DNA of 63,983 nucleotides, filler included, from Lenisia limosa (lineage: Eukaryota > Protista > Breviatea), in assembly GCA_001655205.1 (NCBI GenBank). It is 14 parts of 14 records of this genome, joined end to end, with 100 filler letters (N's around TTAATTAATTAA, not from the genome) between each part and the next. Parts side by side here need not be neighbours in the genome. Positions count along the whole stretch, not along the records: positions 46,936 to 57,447 come from LPNZ01009926.1; positions 57,548 to 60,165 come from LPNZ01004201.1; positions 60,266 to 61,715 come from LPNZ01008479.1; 11 more parts are not named here. One strand, written 5' to 3'. The notes beneath the pieces were generated by a model. The model did no database searches, was not told the origin of the DNA, and saw only the letters and a list, made by a program, of their open reading frames with translations. This document shows, piece after piece, positions 51,599 through 61,814 of this stretch. The translations under genes and the position numbers were made by a program. Numbering within the stretch: the first letter of the stretch is position 1; each line of letters begins with the position of its first letter.

Positions 51599-52981
51599 NN
51601 NNNNNNNNNNNNNNNNNNNNNNNNNNNNNNNNNNNNNNNNNNNNNNNNNNNNNNNNNNNNNNNNNNNNNNNNNNNNNNNNNNNNNNNNNNNNNNNNNNNN
51701 NNNNNNNNNNNNNNNNNNNNNTACGCAAAATGCTGTGCACGGGGTTGTGTAGATTGGGTGAAAATAATTTTATTCTATGACGTCTCCTGTATATTTCTAC
51801 AGTATATGATATATAGTATTACATGTATATGTAGAACTTTATATTTGAACTTGCAACACTTACCTATTAATAACTGATATGATATAAGTGGACACATATT
51901 AACAAGTGGTATGACCATATGACTGCTTGTGAGTCGAAATGATGAACAAAGGTAACAACACGAGGGTTCATCCTGAGGGTATAAGAGTTTCATGATAAAC
52001 CCTACAGATGTGCTTTCCACAATAGTATAATAATTTTTTTCTCTACTTTCAACAAAGACAAACTTTGTTGACAAGAGAGCAATGTTAAGAAGAATGCAAA
52101 TTGAACATCACTTTTTACTTTCTTCATTTGTTTAAACTCCGTTGATATTGGGTGAATTGTGACTGTTGAGACTTATGAGGCCATTCTCTCGGATGATGAT
52201 GACTGGGGTGGTGGGAGTAGGAGATTTCAACGAGCAATATTGATAACTTGATACAGAGTAAATGTTATAATATTATGATATAGTTTTGCTCGTTTTTGTT
52301 TGTTCTAACTTGACCTTGCAGCTGGTTCAGCCAGTAGCGTCATCGCAAGCTTTTGACGGGAATCCTGATGTTGCTTCTTTAGTGTTTTTATACTTAATAG
52401 TTAGTTGATAGAATTTTGGAAAAATTGAGATGTCAGGAAGAAATTACTCAATGGAATCATCGCTCTTTTAGGGAGTATATTTGTGAATGTAAGTTCATAC
52501 GTTCCAAAATTAGTTCGCACTCAGAAAAGGCAATCTGAAGGGGTGTGTTTTTATTTCTTCAAATAATGGAACTCATTTTGCACAATGAAGTGAGGCACAT
52601 TGTAGCAGCGACTGGCAGTTTGACAATTATTAAAAGTTTCTTATGATACGCCCACATTCCTAATCTCATTCTGGTGGTTTCCCAATGTTAAAACCCCCTA
52701 GAAGACTCAAGAAACTTTAAATGCTATTGGTTCTAAATGATAGAAATTTGGAATTGATATGACATGAAGAGGGGTAAAATGATTCAGTAAAACGCATATC
52801 ATTCAAATCAGTAAAGAATTGATATATCATATGTTTGCAATACGCCGAGTAAGATAACATCCAGATTCAGTCAACCAAGACAAATACATTTATACCATTA
52901 GTTGCAGATTCAAAAAACAAAACTTCGACAGAGTGATAACAAAAAAACAATGAAATACGGACAAAATTGAAGGCTGCAGTT

Positions 52982-54486
52982 CTAGAGGAAGAGAGCGAGA
53001 AGAGCCAGGAGGGCAACGGAGGGAAGGAAGACGGCGGCGGGGGAGTCGAGGCCAGCGTCACTCACACCGATCTTGGGGTCCCAGACAATGCTGATGTGTG
53101 AAAGAGGGACAGGAGCATAAAGATAAAGTTATTGGGAGAAAAACAATAAAAAAATAGAGTGATAGGGAGGGGAGGAACACAAAGAAGTGTAACCAAGAGG
53201 GATAATATCCAACAAGGTAAACGAGAATCATGATGTAGAAAATCTTCACAGCCTCATGCAAACCTGTCAGGCTGGGAGTTGTCGTCAATGGTGAAGTAGA
53301 CCTTCTGGGCAGTCTCTCCCTCGTCCTTTGCCTGGGCATCGGCAGTGTCCTCAGAAATGGCAGAGGCAGTGACGTCGACATCCTTGGAGCCGGCACGGAC
53401 CTAAGCAATAAGCCGCTGCAACATATTGCATAAGTAATCAGATAATGAAAATATGAATTGCGCACACATCTTTGAAGGCCACGCAAACCTTCTTCTTGTA
53501 GGAGAAGAACATTCCGTTGGTCTCGATCTCGGCTTCCTCCTCGNNNNNNNNNNNNNNNNNNNNNNNNNNNNNNNNNNNNNNNNNNNNNNNNNNNNNNNNN
53601 NNNNNNNNNNNNNNNNNNNNNNNNNNNNNNNNNNNNNNNNNNNNNNNNNNNNNNNNNNNNNNNNNNNNNNNNNNNNNNNNNNNNNNNNNNNNNNNNNNNN
53701 NNNNNNNNNNNNNNNNNNNNNNNNNNNNNNNNNNNNNNNNNNNNAAGGTCAAACTTGGCTGAGTTGGGGGAGACGGTGTAATCAGTCTTCTCGACAATGG
53801 AACTGGCAAGTTCATACTTGATGGAAACAACGTTGTCCTACATAGTTAGAAGAAGCCCACAAATATCGAAAAAGGAGTGACGATAATCATGAGAAATGCC
53901 AAAACGCAAACCGAGGAGGTAGTGGAAATAGCAATGATGCCGTCAGCGTCCTCCTTGCCGACAATGAAGTCTCCGAAAGTGGCGTCCTTGAAAGAATAGC
54001 GCGAAACTACATCCATGCCATCTGGAATGTCAGAAAAGAGGAATATGGAGTATAAGAGAAAGTGTTAATGCAAACCTTCATAGGTGGGCTTCTCAGTGGT
54101 GGGGTTGAACTCAACGATCTCGAAAACGCGAAGGCGGGAAGCAATGAGAGAGTCGGAGGAGGCCTCATCAGCGGACTTCTCCATGACACGAAGACGGGAA
54201 GCTGGAAGGTAAAAAATTAAAAATGACATGACAAAATTTCCATAAATACACAAGAATCAAGCAATGTAACACATGCCCACTCACTGATGACGGGGGTATT
54301 CCTAAGTATGTAGCTAATGAAAGTCTTGCCATCCTCATCAGATTGCTTTGAGGTGATTCTCACCATGTTTTTATTGTCGGTGACCTTAAGAGCGCGTTTG
54401 AATTTGGGGTCACTCTTTTTACTCGAAGCGGCCGATACGACGAGGAAGAGAGCCAAGAGGCTGAAAAGGAGAGTTGTGAAACGCAT
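52982..54486 (-). CDS. Secreted, probably GPI-anchored surface protein
   Basis: Signal MRFTTLLFSLLALFLVVSA, about 7 exons, ending VYFTIDDNSQPD|SIVWDPKIGVSDAGLDSPAAVFLPSVALLALLALFL* (hydrophobic tail without cytosolic extension). Confidence 0.8.
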
Positions 54487-54881
54487 TGCTTTCAGAAAAT
54501 GGAAGTTGTAGTTGCTGTTTTGTTGTGTTGTATCGTAAAAATTATTCAGTACACAGGCATTTCTCCCACTTAAATTGAGGAAGGTGTCAATATTTTTCTT
54601 CAAGGAAATTACATGACAGTGTCTATCAACTCCTCACATAGCCTCCTAATAACAATGAATAATACGTTTACATGTGTATAATTATATTAATTATATTAAT
54701 ATAGTGAGATATTAAACATATTAACGAAATACTTATCCAATGTATAGAATACTCCTCAGGCTCGGTCACTCTTACCGTTTTTTGGGCTCCAGGGCTTTTC
54801 ACTTCCTTCTCTTACACTAATTGTAAAGAAAATCTATATATAAGGAAGATATAAGTATAGTAACTGCTGAGTGATTTTATA

Positions 54882-55867
54882 ATGTTAGTCAGGGAATTCA
54901 TGGTCCCTGTAAGGTGTATTAAAAGTTTAAAGCCAACTGATACGTTAAAAGATGCATGTAATATATTATTGCAGATGAATACTGGATGTGTTATGATACA
55001 GGACTCGGGAGAGGTATGTTTTGGTGATAGTAACCCCCCTCTGACTTATCTCTACCTAGATTGTTGGACTATGTAGCAAATCAGACCTTGTGCATGGGAT
55101 ATGGGGTAAAAAGCTTGCTCTCTCTACACCGCTCTCAGAAGTTATGAGTCAAAGGTAACCGAGATTACATGAGCCCTCTCCATTACTTCTTCATTGTGTA
55201 AACATGACTTGAAATATATTATATAACTCACGCCCTACTTGTTCTTTTGATGTCAGGTTTTCTTTCAAGTCTAATCTCAATCAATTTACTTTGTATTTGA
55301 GGTCCCAGGGGGCATCACCTTTGCGTTGTTAAAACCTACTGCCATCTAACCCCCAGACTGGTTACAATTAGTGATGAGACGCCACGACCCCAGGCTGCTG
55401 CTGCGTTTTTTGAGCATAAACTGCACCACCTGGTTGTTGTTAGTGGTGGGGGTGGAATGTGTTTGTGGCACAATTTTGTTGACATCATTTTTTTACATAG
55501 GTTTTTTTTGAGCCTCATTTTTCTGCAATACTATCATTTTTCTTTGTATACTCCTTTATAGGGGCAATAAATCAGCGTTTTTAATATCACTTTGAATGGT
55601 GGGAATTAACAAAAAAGAAATAACATATCGGTTGGCCTGTATTAAGATATGGTTGTTTGGGTGTAAATGAACTTCTAATTATTTTCTTCTTCATTGATAA
55701 ATCTGGCTGATGCCTTATTCACAGTCATTGTAATGCCCAATTCTTTAATTTTGTTAGCGCGAAAGGATTTTGTTGGAATCCTTTCAGCCCTTGATGTTGT
55801 CCGAGATTCAACGAACGTACAAGATATGCAATATCATTCTGGTCTTAGTCAGACCTACCAGTGGTAA
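54882..55867 (+). CDS. Small CBS-pair (Bateman domain) protein, 4 exons
   Basis: MLVREFMVPVRCIKSLKPTDTLKDACNILLQMNTGCVMIQDSGE|IVGLCSKSDLV…EVMSQR|LVTISDETP…HHLVVVS|…FVGILSALDVV…YQW*. Confidence 0.85.
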
Positions 55868-56238
55868 AGCTGACATGGTTTAATATGACCAAACATTGTT
55901 CCCCTTGCAACTACCCTATTTGGTATTGGGAAAGTAGTGCTTCTTGATTATTACTAACTTCTGATTTGTCATACTGTTTTCTTCAATTCTTTTTTACTTT
56001 TATTTATTTATTTATTTTATTATTCGTAGAGAGAGGTGTAGAAATATCTATAAACTGGGTGAGACAGAGTGCTGAGGGTGCTTGGTCTTTTTTGCTGGTG
56101 CTAAAAAGAAACAAAATTCACCGAAATAAAGCAGGAGGCAGATCTGACCTGATGAACGGACGAAACTATATTGGTACAAACATTAATCACCCCCAATGGT
56201 GCACCAAATTAAGAAACGTTCAGAAATAAGGTAGCTGT

Positions 56239-56645
56239 CTACTGGAGCTTGTGGCCAACAAGGTTGTTCTCTTGGAGAACATGGTTGAGAGAAGAATCAG
56301 CCTCACCAGCACGACGAACCTCACCGCAGAATCCAACAGTGAAATAAGAACCGGTCTTCTTGCCTTCAAAAATCAGCCAAAAATCAAACCTCCAAAAAAA
56401 CTTTGTGAGCCAAAAATAGAACAAAATGTCTCCATATCCACCTACCGCTGTCGTCAAGGTGGGCGACGTTGATCTGGACTGAAGAGCGGTCCTTAGCGTG
56501 GATGAGCTTGTTAGTGGCGGTGCTAAAAAAGCGTAAGAGCATTGTAACGCTAAAACCAGACTTCACAAAAAAGAGAAAATAATAAGTATGCTTACCACTT
56601 GCGGGGGACGTAGAGGTCAACACACTTTCCGTTAATATCGTTCAT
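56239..56645 (-). CDS. RPS21: 40S ribosomal protein S21 (eS21), 3 exons
   Basis: MNDINGKCVDLYVPRKC|TATNKLIHAKDRSSVQINVAHLDDS|GKKTGSYFTVGFCGEVRRAGEADSSLNHVLQENNLVGHKLQ*. Confidence 0.95.
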
Positions 56646-56775
56646 TTTCGAGTGGGGGTTCAAAAAGGACTCTAGCTCGAAAAAATGTCAACATAAAGGA
56701 AATGAACTGAACTGAACTGAACTAATGTATTACGATTTTAGATTGTCTTTTATTTTCGGTTTTTGTTTCCTATCT

Positions 56776-57297
56776 CAAGTTAGAAGAGTTTTCACAGGAA
56801 CTTCATAGTGTATTTATATTATAGTATTTATTATATAAAATATAGAGGAGAGCATTGTTCGTTTTGTCAGATTTGTGTTGAAGTAGGTCTTTCAGGAGAA
56901 TGGGGACCAGAGGACCGCCTCCTCCTCGGTGAGATGGACTTTAAATAGGCTAATAAATGGTTTAATTGTGTGAAACTCCAAAATAACGATTTAGGAGGAG
57001 ACCATACGAAAACTCTCAACCCCATCCGGTACGAATGGCGCTTGAAGGGCGTTAGTTGTATATTATGTTGATTATTACATCAAATTCACGAAGGAATCCC
57101 TCTTTTTTTATTCTTTTAGTACCCCTACTCTCATCAAGCTCCATCTGTGTACCCTGTCCCGCCCTATGTAAGCTATTTTTTGCTCTATTGATGCAATTTC
57201 TTTACTTTAAGTACTCATTGTAACCTAGGGACACCCCGTGCTACCACCCCACCATCAGTATATGTTTGAGGGTATTGGTGTTGGATCAAGTCTTTGA
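56776..57297 (+). CDS. Small unknown P/Y/H-rich protein (start not found)
   Basis: GLSGEWGPEDRLLL|GGDHTKTLNPIRYEWRLKG|YPYSHQAPSVYPVPPY|GHPVLPPHHQYMFEGIGVGSSL* with consistent phases. Confidence 0.5.
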
Positions 57298-57671
57298 GCA
57301 GTATTATTATGACACTTGTTACTCAGTTTTTTGTTGACTGAAATTAAAAGGATAGTATGATTCTCAAAGAAAGAAGGAAGCGGATTATTTTCTCTTATAA
57401 AGAAAAGTACTGTTCTGGTTTTGAGCAGAGAGTTGTAGGGTAAATGANNNNNNNNNNNNNNNNNNNNNNNNNNNNNNNNNNNNNNNNNNNNTTAATTAAT
57501 TAANNNNNNNNNNNNNNNNNNNNNNNNNNNNNNNNNNNNNNNNNNNNCCCCCCCCCCCCCCCTCCCCTTTGTTTGTTCTGTTGTTATCAACCTTCGTGTG
57601 TTGTCAACCAACAGAGTTGAATTTGGGCTTTTTTGTTTCATAAATTTTCCAATTTTACCCCCCTCCCCCAC

Positions 57672-59342
57672 TTGCACTCATTGAGATGCAAATCGGTCTT
57701 GTAACACGTCAACGCTGTGCCTTCATTGCAGGTGGGGGCCGTAACGTCATTGGACTCGCTGAGTTGTTATACCAGGGAAATCGAGGGAGAACATGTACGA
57801 TGGGAAAATGAGACACACCACACAAGAGACCCAAAATATCCAAAAATCCCCCACAAAGTCTCGGAAGTAGCGTTATAATTGAGAGCAACCCGGGCCGTGA
57901 CATTGGCGGATCCGAGGAGTTCTATTGTCGAAATTTGACTGAAGACAGGATTGGCTAAAAATGCGGTTAAGCAGAGTAGAGATTGAATAATAAAAAAGAG
58001 TATTTGGCAGAAGGCGACCTCACTACAAGATATAGTTTAACTCCACAATTTGAGGAGAAAATAGCAGGTCCATTATTTTTAGACCTTCATCGGTTTCAGA
58101 AAAAGACTGAATTCTCGATAAATCCTCGATAAATATCGATATTTTGTCAGTCTTTTGGACCGAAAGTGAAGCTCTAATTATTTTTCTCCTGGCAATAATT
58201 TTTTTTCATTCCCTTTTCTCAATTTTGTTACCTCCGCCCCCCTCCTAACTTGAAACATCTGTGACAACGACCGTTTCAATTGGGGTCGAATTGAGCAGGA
58301 TTGTCACCTGGATATGTTACAGTAAAAGCAGGGTTTCACTTTGGTTGGAAAAAAAGACTGCATTTCTCAAAAATTTCTCATAAATTCTTCATATTTTACC
58401 TGTATTTTTCGAACCGAAGTGAAGAGAAAACTGCCTTACAATTACTGACCGGGATAAGTCTTAGCCGATTTGCTGCGTGATTTCCCAATAAAAATCGGTC
58501 AAGACTTATTCTGGTCACTGTATAGTATATAATACTGTGTACCGGAATTTTTAATATGTTTCATAAGTTGCCCCTTGTGATCAACGGACTAACTCTGGGT
58601 ATAAATATCACTGTGTGAAAAATATGAGATACTTCTGAAGTCAGAATAGTATATATATACGATCAATATTGAAACTTATGTTTCTGCAGTAAAGGTGAGA
58701 GTGACAAGATGATGTGAGTATTGTTTGACATCAGTTCAAGTATTCCTTGTATACAGGCAAGTTGTACCTATAAAGATATTCATTTCGGTCTAGTTGCATT
58801 TCTCAATCAACACCTATGATTATCTCCTAATATACTCCCCTTACCACCACCCCCGATTTGGTTACTATATAGTCTCTCCTCTCCAAGTCTCTATTGAAAC
58901 AAGGATCATGAATTTTTCTTGAATATCCCTCCCTCCATGCGCACCTCAAAACTCTCAAAGCTCGGGACTTGAGTGGTGTTGAAGGTCCAGCTGACAGTAT
59001 AGTCATGGCCAACGCGTGAAAAGTCTACAGGGAAACCTGCGGAAAGTTGTCAATCTTGAAATGAGGTTGGGAGAGAGAAATTCAAGAGAAGGGTTGTGCT
59101 CTATATACGTAATAAACATCGTGTTATATGTGCATTTCCACTAGAAATAAGGATAAGGAACTCAATAGAGCGAGCCGAAATAAAAACTCTCGAATTCTCC
59201 TTTATTTTCTCATAAACTCCTCTAATATGCTAAAACAAGTAAGAAGCGTGTCTGTTAACCACGCCCCTCCTGACAAACCTGCTGAAAAAGAAGTAGTGAA
59301 AAGCCAAACCAGCAATAATGCAATGCATGGAAAGCGAACCAT
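57672..59342 (-). CDS. Secreted Cys-containing protein (3' end in gap)
   Basis: Signal MVRFPCIALLLVWLFTTSFSA|GFPVDFSRVGHDYTVSWTFNTTQVPSFESFE … VTILLNSTPIETVVVTDVS … ELLGSANVTARVALNYNATSET|FESNDVTAPTCNEGTALTCYKTDLHLNEC. Confidence 0.7.
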
Positions 59343-59593
59343 GATTTGCGCTGGTTAAGAGGCTCTTCAGAGAGCATAACTGGCGTAGTAATTACTAGTC
59401 GCACGCGCCGGGTTAGAGAAAGAATATGTAATTAATGCTACAAATGTTGATTTAGAACCGAAGCGAAAAACTGCGCACTGTGAAACCAGCGGCGAAACTG
59501 CGTGCGAAAAGAATCCAACATAAAATTAAACATATTAACAACAATTTTAAGTGAAACAACCTTGCGCGTTGACAGTCACAGTGATCAGGGACA

Positions 59594-60164
59594 ATGTCAA
59601 TGCTGCGTCTGCTGTGTCTCCATGGCTTCCGTCAGTCCGCGTCATCCTTCGTTGGGGGGGGGGGGGGGGNNNNNNNNNNNNNNNNNNNNNNNNNNNNNNN
59701 NNNNNNNNNNNNNNNNNNNNNNNNNNNNNNNNNNNNNCATATTTGTTGTTTTCATTTTCCAATTTTACCCCCCCAGAGAGGACGGACGAATGGTTTGCGA
59801 AAGTGTTTGAAAGGCGTTGAACTTGTCTATATGAACGCCCCTGTCAAAATCTCTGATTCACCCGAAGGTACGGGGGAAATTATGAAACAAAACAGCAAAG
59901 GTGAGGGTTGACAACAACAAAATAAATAATATTCCAATTCTACGCACCCGTTGCGCTTTTTTTTGTTTTTGTGTTTTGTTTCTTGGTTTTGTCTAGTTTT
60001 AGCGCTGGTTACTCGTGTTTGTTCTTGCTTGTTTTTTTTTTGTTTGTTTGGAGATTATTCAGTTCTGGATTAGTACCGTTACGCCAATCTTCTTCATCAA
60101 ATTTTCCTTCGTTTTACTCCCAGACAACCCACAATACGGATGGTGGCAGACAGAGCTAAGGGAC
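59594..60164 (+). CDS. FSH1/OVCA2-family serine hydrolase, N-terminal part
   Basis: MSMLRLLCLHGFRQSASSF|RGRTNGLRKCLKGVELVYMNAP…|DNPQYGWW: the LCLHG.Q and downstream AP / WW motifs of the family. Confidence 0.85.
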
Positions 60165-60289
60165 CNNNNNNNNNNNNNNNNNNNNNNNNNNNNNNNNNNN
60201 NNNNNNNNNTTAATTAATTAANNNNNNNNNNNNNNNNNNNNNNNNNNNNNNNNNNNNNNNNNNNNTTCGAAAATTACGTCCCCCCCCTC

Positions 60290-61595
60290 ACATCTTCAGA
60301 AGTGATGCTGTGTCCGGGCTTCCTCTTGCGGGAATTGTATGAGTCACTAGAGGGGTACTTCTTCTTGGACTCTGGGGGAAATGGGAGTTAAAACGATTCT
60401 GGGAGGGATTCTTTCAAAACGGCTTAATAATACGGTTTGAATCAAATGTAAGACCCCCAAACACTGATACTCTACCATCCACTCCCTCCCCACTCATATC
60501 TTCCTGAGCCTTTTTGTCCTTCTCAATTTGTTCCACCCAACTCGCAGCTCCTTCAGACTGCGGGGGGGGGGGGGGNNNNNNNNNNNNNNNNNNNNNNNNN
60601 NNNNNNNNNNNNNNNNNNNNNNNNNNNNNNNNNNNNNNNNNNNNNNNNNNNNNNNNNNNNNNNNNNNNNNTTGGTATAATCAATACAGATATTTTTTTTT
60701 AAAAAAAAAACCCAAAAATCAACTTAGGTGGATGTAAACCCCATGATCAAGGGATGAGGAGGGGAAGTAATCATGAACATGACAAGGGCTACCATCACAA
60801 CCAAATCCTCAACACTCCAAAAAAACAAACCCACATAACCGCCCAAGATACCTTCATTACACCCTTCCACCCAGGCTCTCCCGGGACCTTTGGGTCGACT
60901 ACGGGAGTTGTCGGCCTGGATGGTTATTGAGGAAGAAATAAGACAAGAGAAACAATATATGCATGTACATGGTATCAACCTGGAGGCTATAGATTGGGTT
61001 GGAATCCCGCCTGAATGTTGCTAGATAGAGGAGAAGTTGGCAGTGAGACAAAATAATAACGTCATTTGCATTGCATGTAAAATGTATGTTAAAGGTATGA
61101 TGTCCCTGTGTAATATGATATTAATTAGTATTTCTTGACTCACTTAATGTCGTTAAGCACCATAAATGTTTAAGGGGTTCCTATGAAAAAGAGATTTATT
61201 GAGGATTTATCGAGGATTGAGAAAGTCATTTTCCAACCAAGTGAAGTCCTAGGTGGAACCAATACCGCCTTACGGTTTAGCAATGGGGAGTTCCGGGATT
61301 TTCTGAATAAGAACACGGGGGGGATCAGAGTTGGCAAAGGAAAGCGCAGACTCTGTCACACTAATGGATTAATAGTTGCCACAGTTTATGTAATATTAAT
61401 TCACCCAATCGGTTGCCTAATCTTTGTGCATACAGCTTTCTGCGTGACTACCCAGTATCTCCAACATAATATACAAAATATACATTTCATTATTTACATG
61501 TGTTGGAAGGAAATCCCGAACATACTTTGCTAATGTGCTGTCAACGTCAGAGTTTGGCAGGATCTGGTTGTGCAGGAATCGCAAAATGAAGTCCT
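60290..61595 (-). CDS. Unknown protein fragment (about 6 exons)
   Basis: DFILRFLHNQILPNSDVDSTLAK, ESALSFANSDPPVFLFRKSRN, ATFRRDSNPIYSLQ|ADNSRSRPKGPGRAWVE, SEGAASWVEQIEKDKKAQEDM|…KKKYPSSDSYNSRKRK. Confidence 0.5.
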
Positions 61596-61814
61596 GGGGG
61601 GGGGGGGTAAATTGGAAAATTTATGAAACAAAAAAAAGCCCAAAATCAACTGACAACACACGAGGGTTGACAACAACAACAACAACAACAACAAAAAAAG
61701 CCCAGGCCAGTCGCTNNNNNNNNNNNNNNNNNNNNNNNNNNNNNNNNNNNNNNNNNNNNTTAATTAATTAANNNNNNNNNNNNNNNNNNNNNNNNNNNNN
61801 NNNNNNNNNNNNNN

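Noticed and set aside
56140-56185. Hammerhead-ribozyme-like core CTGATGA…GAAA downstream of RPS21
   Set aside because: Stem II (ACGGAC) cannot pair, and stem I has no complement after the putative GUA site. A similar near-match at ~27707 also fails.
15545-61715. Dispersed near-identical repeats as a CRISPR array or prokaryotic REP elements
   Set aside because: Not regularly spaced, no spacers or cas genes, and the context is spliceosomal-intron eukaryotic DNA.
3451-61771. Recurrent palindromic TTAATTAATTAA 'motif' and ORFs ending in LIN*
   Set aside because: Always centred in N runs; an assembly spacer with stops in all frames. It also means neighbourhood across these points cannot be trusted.
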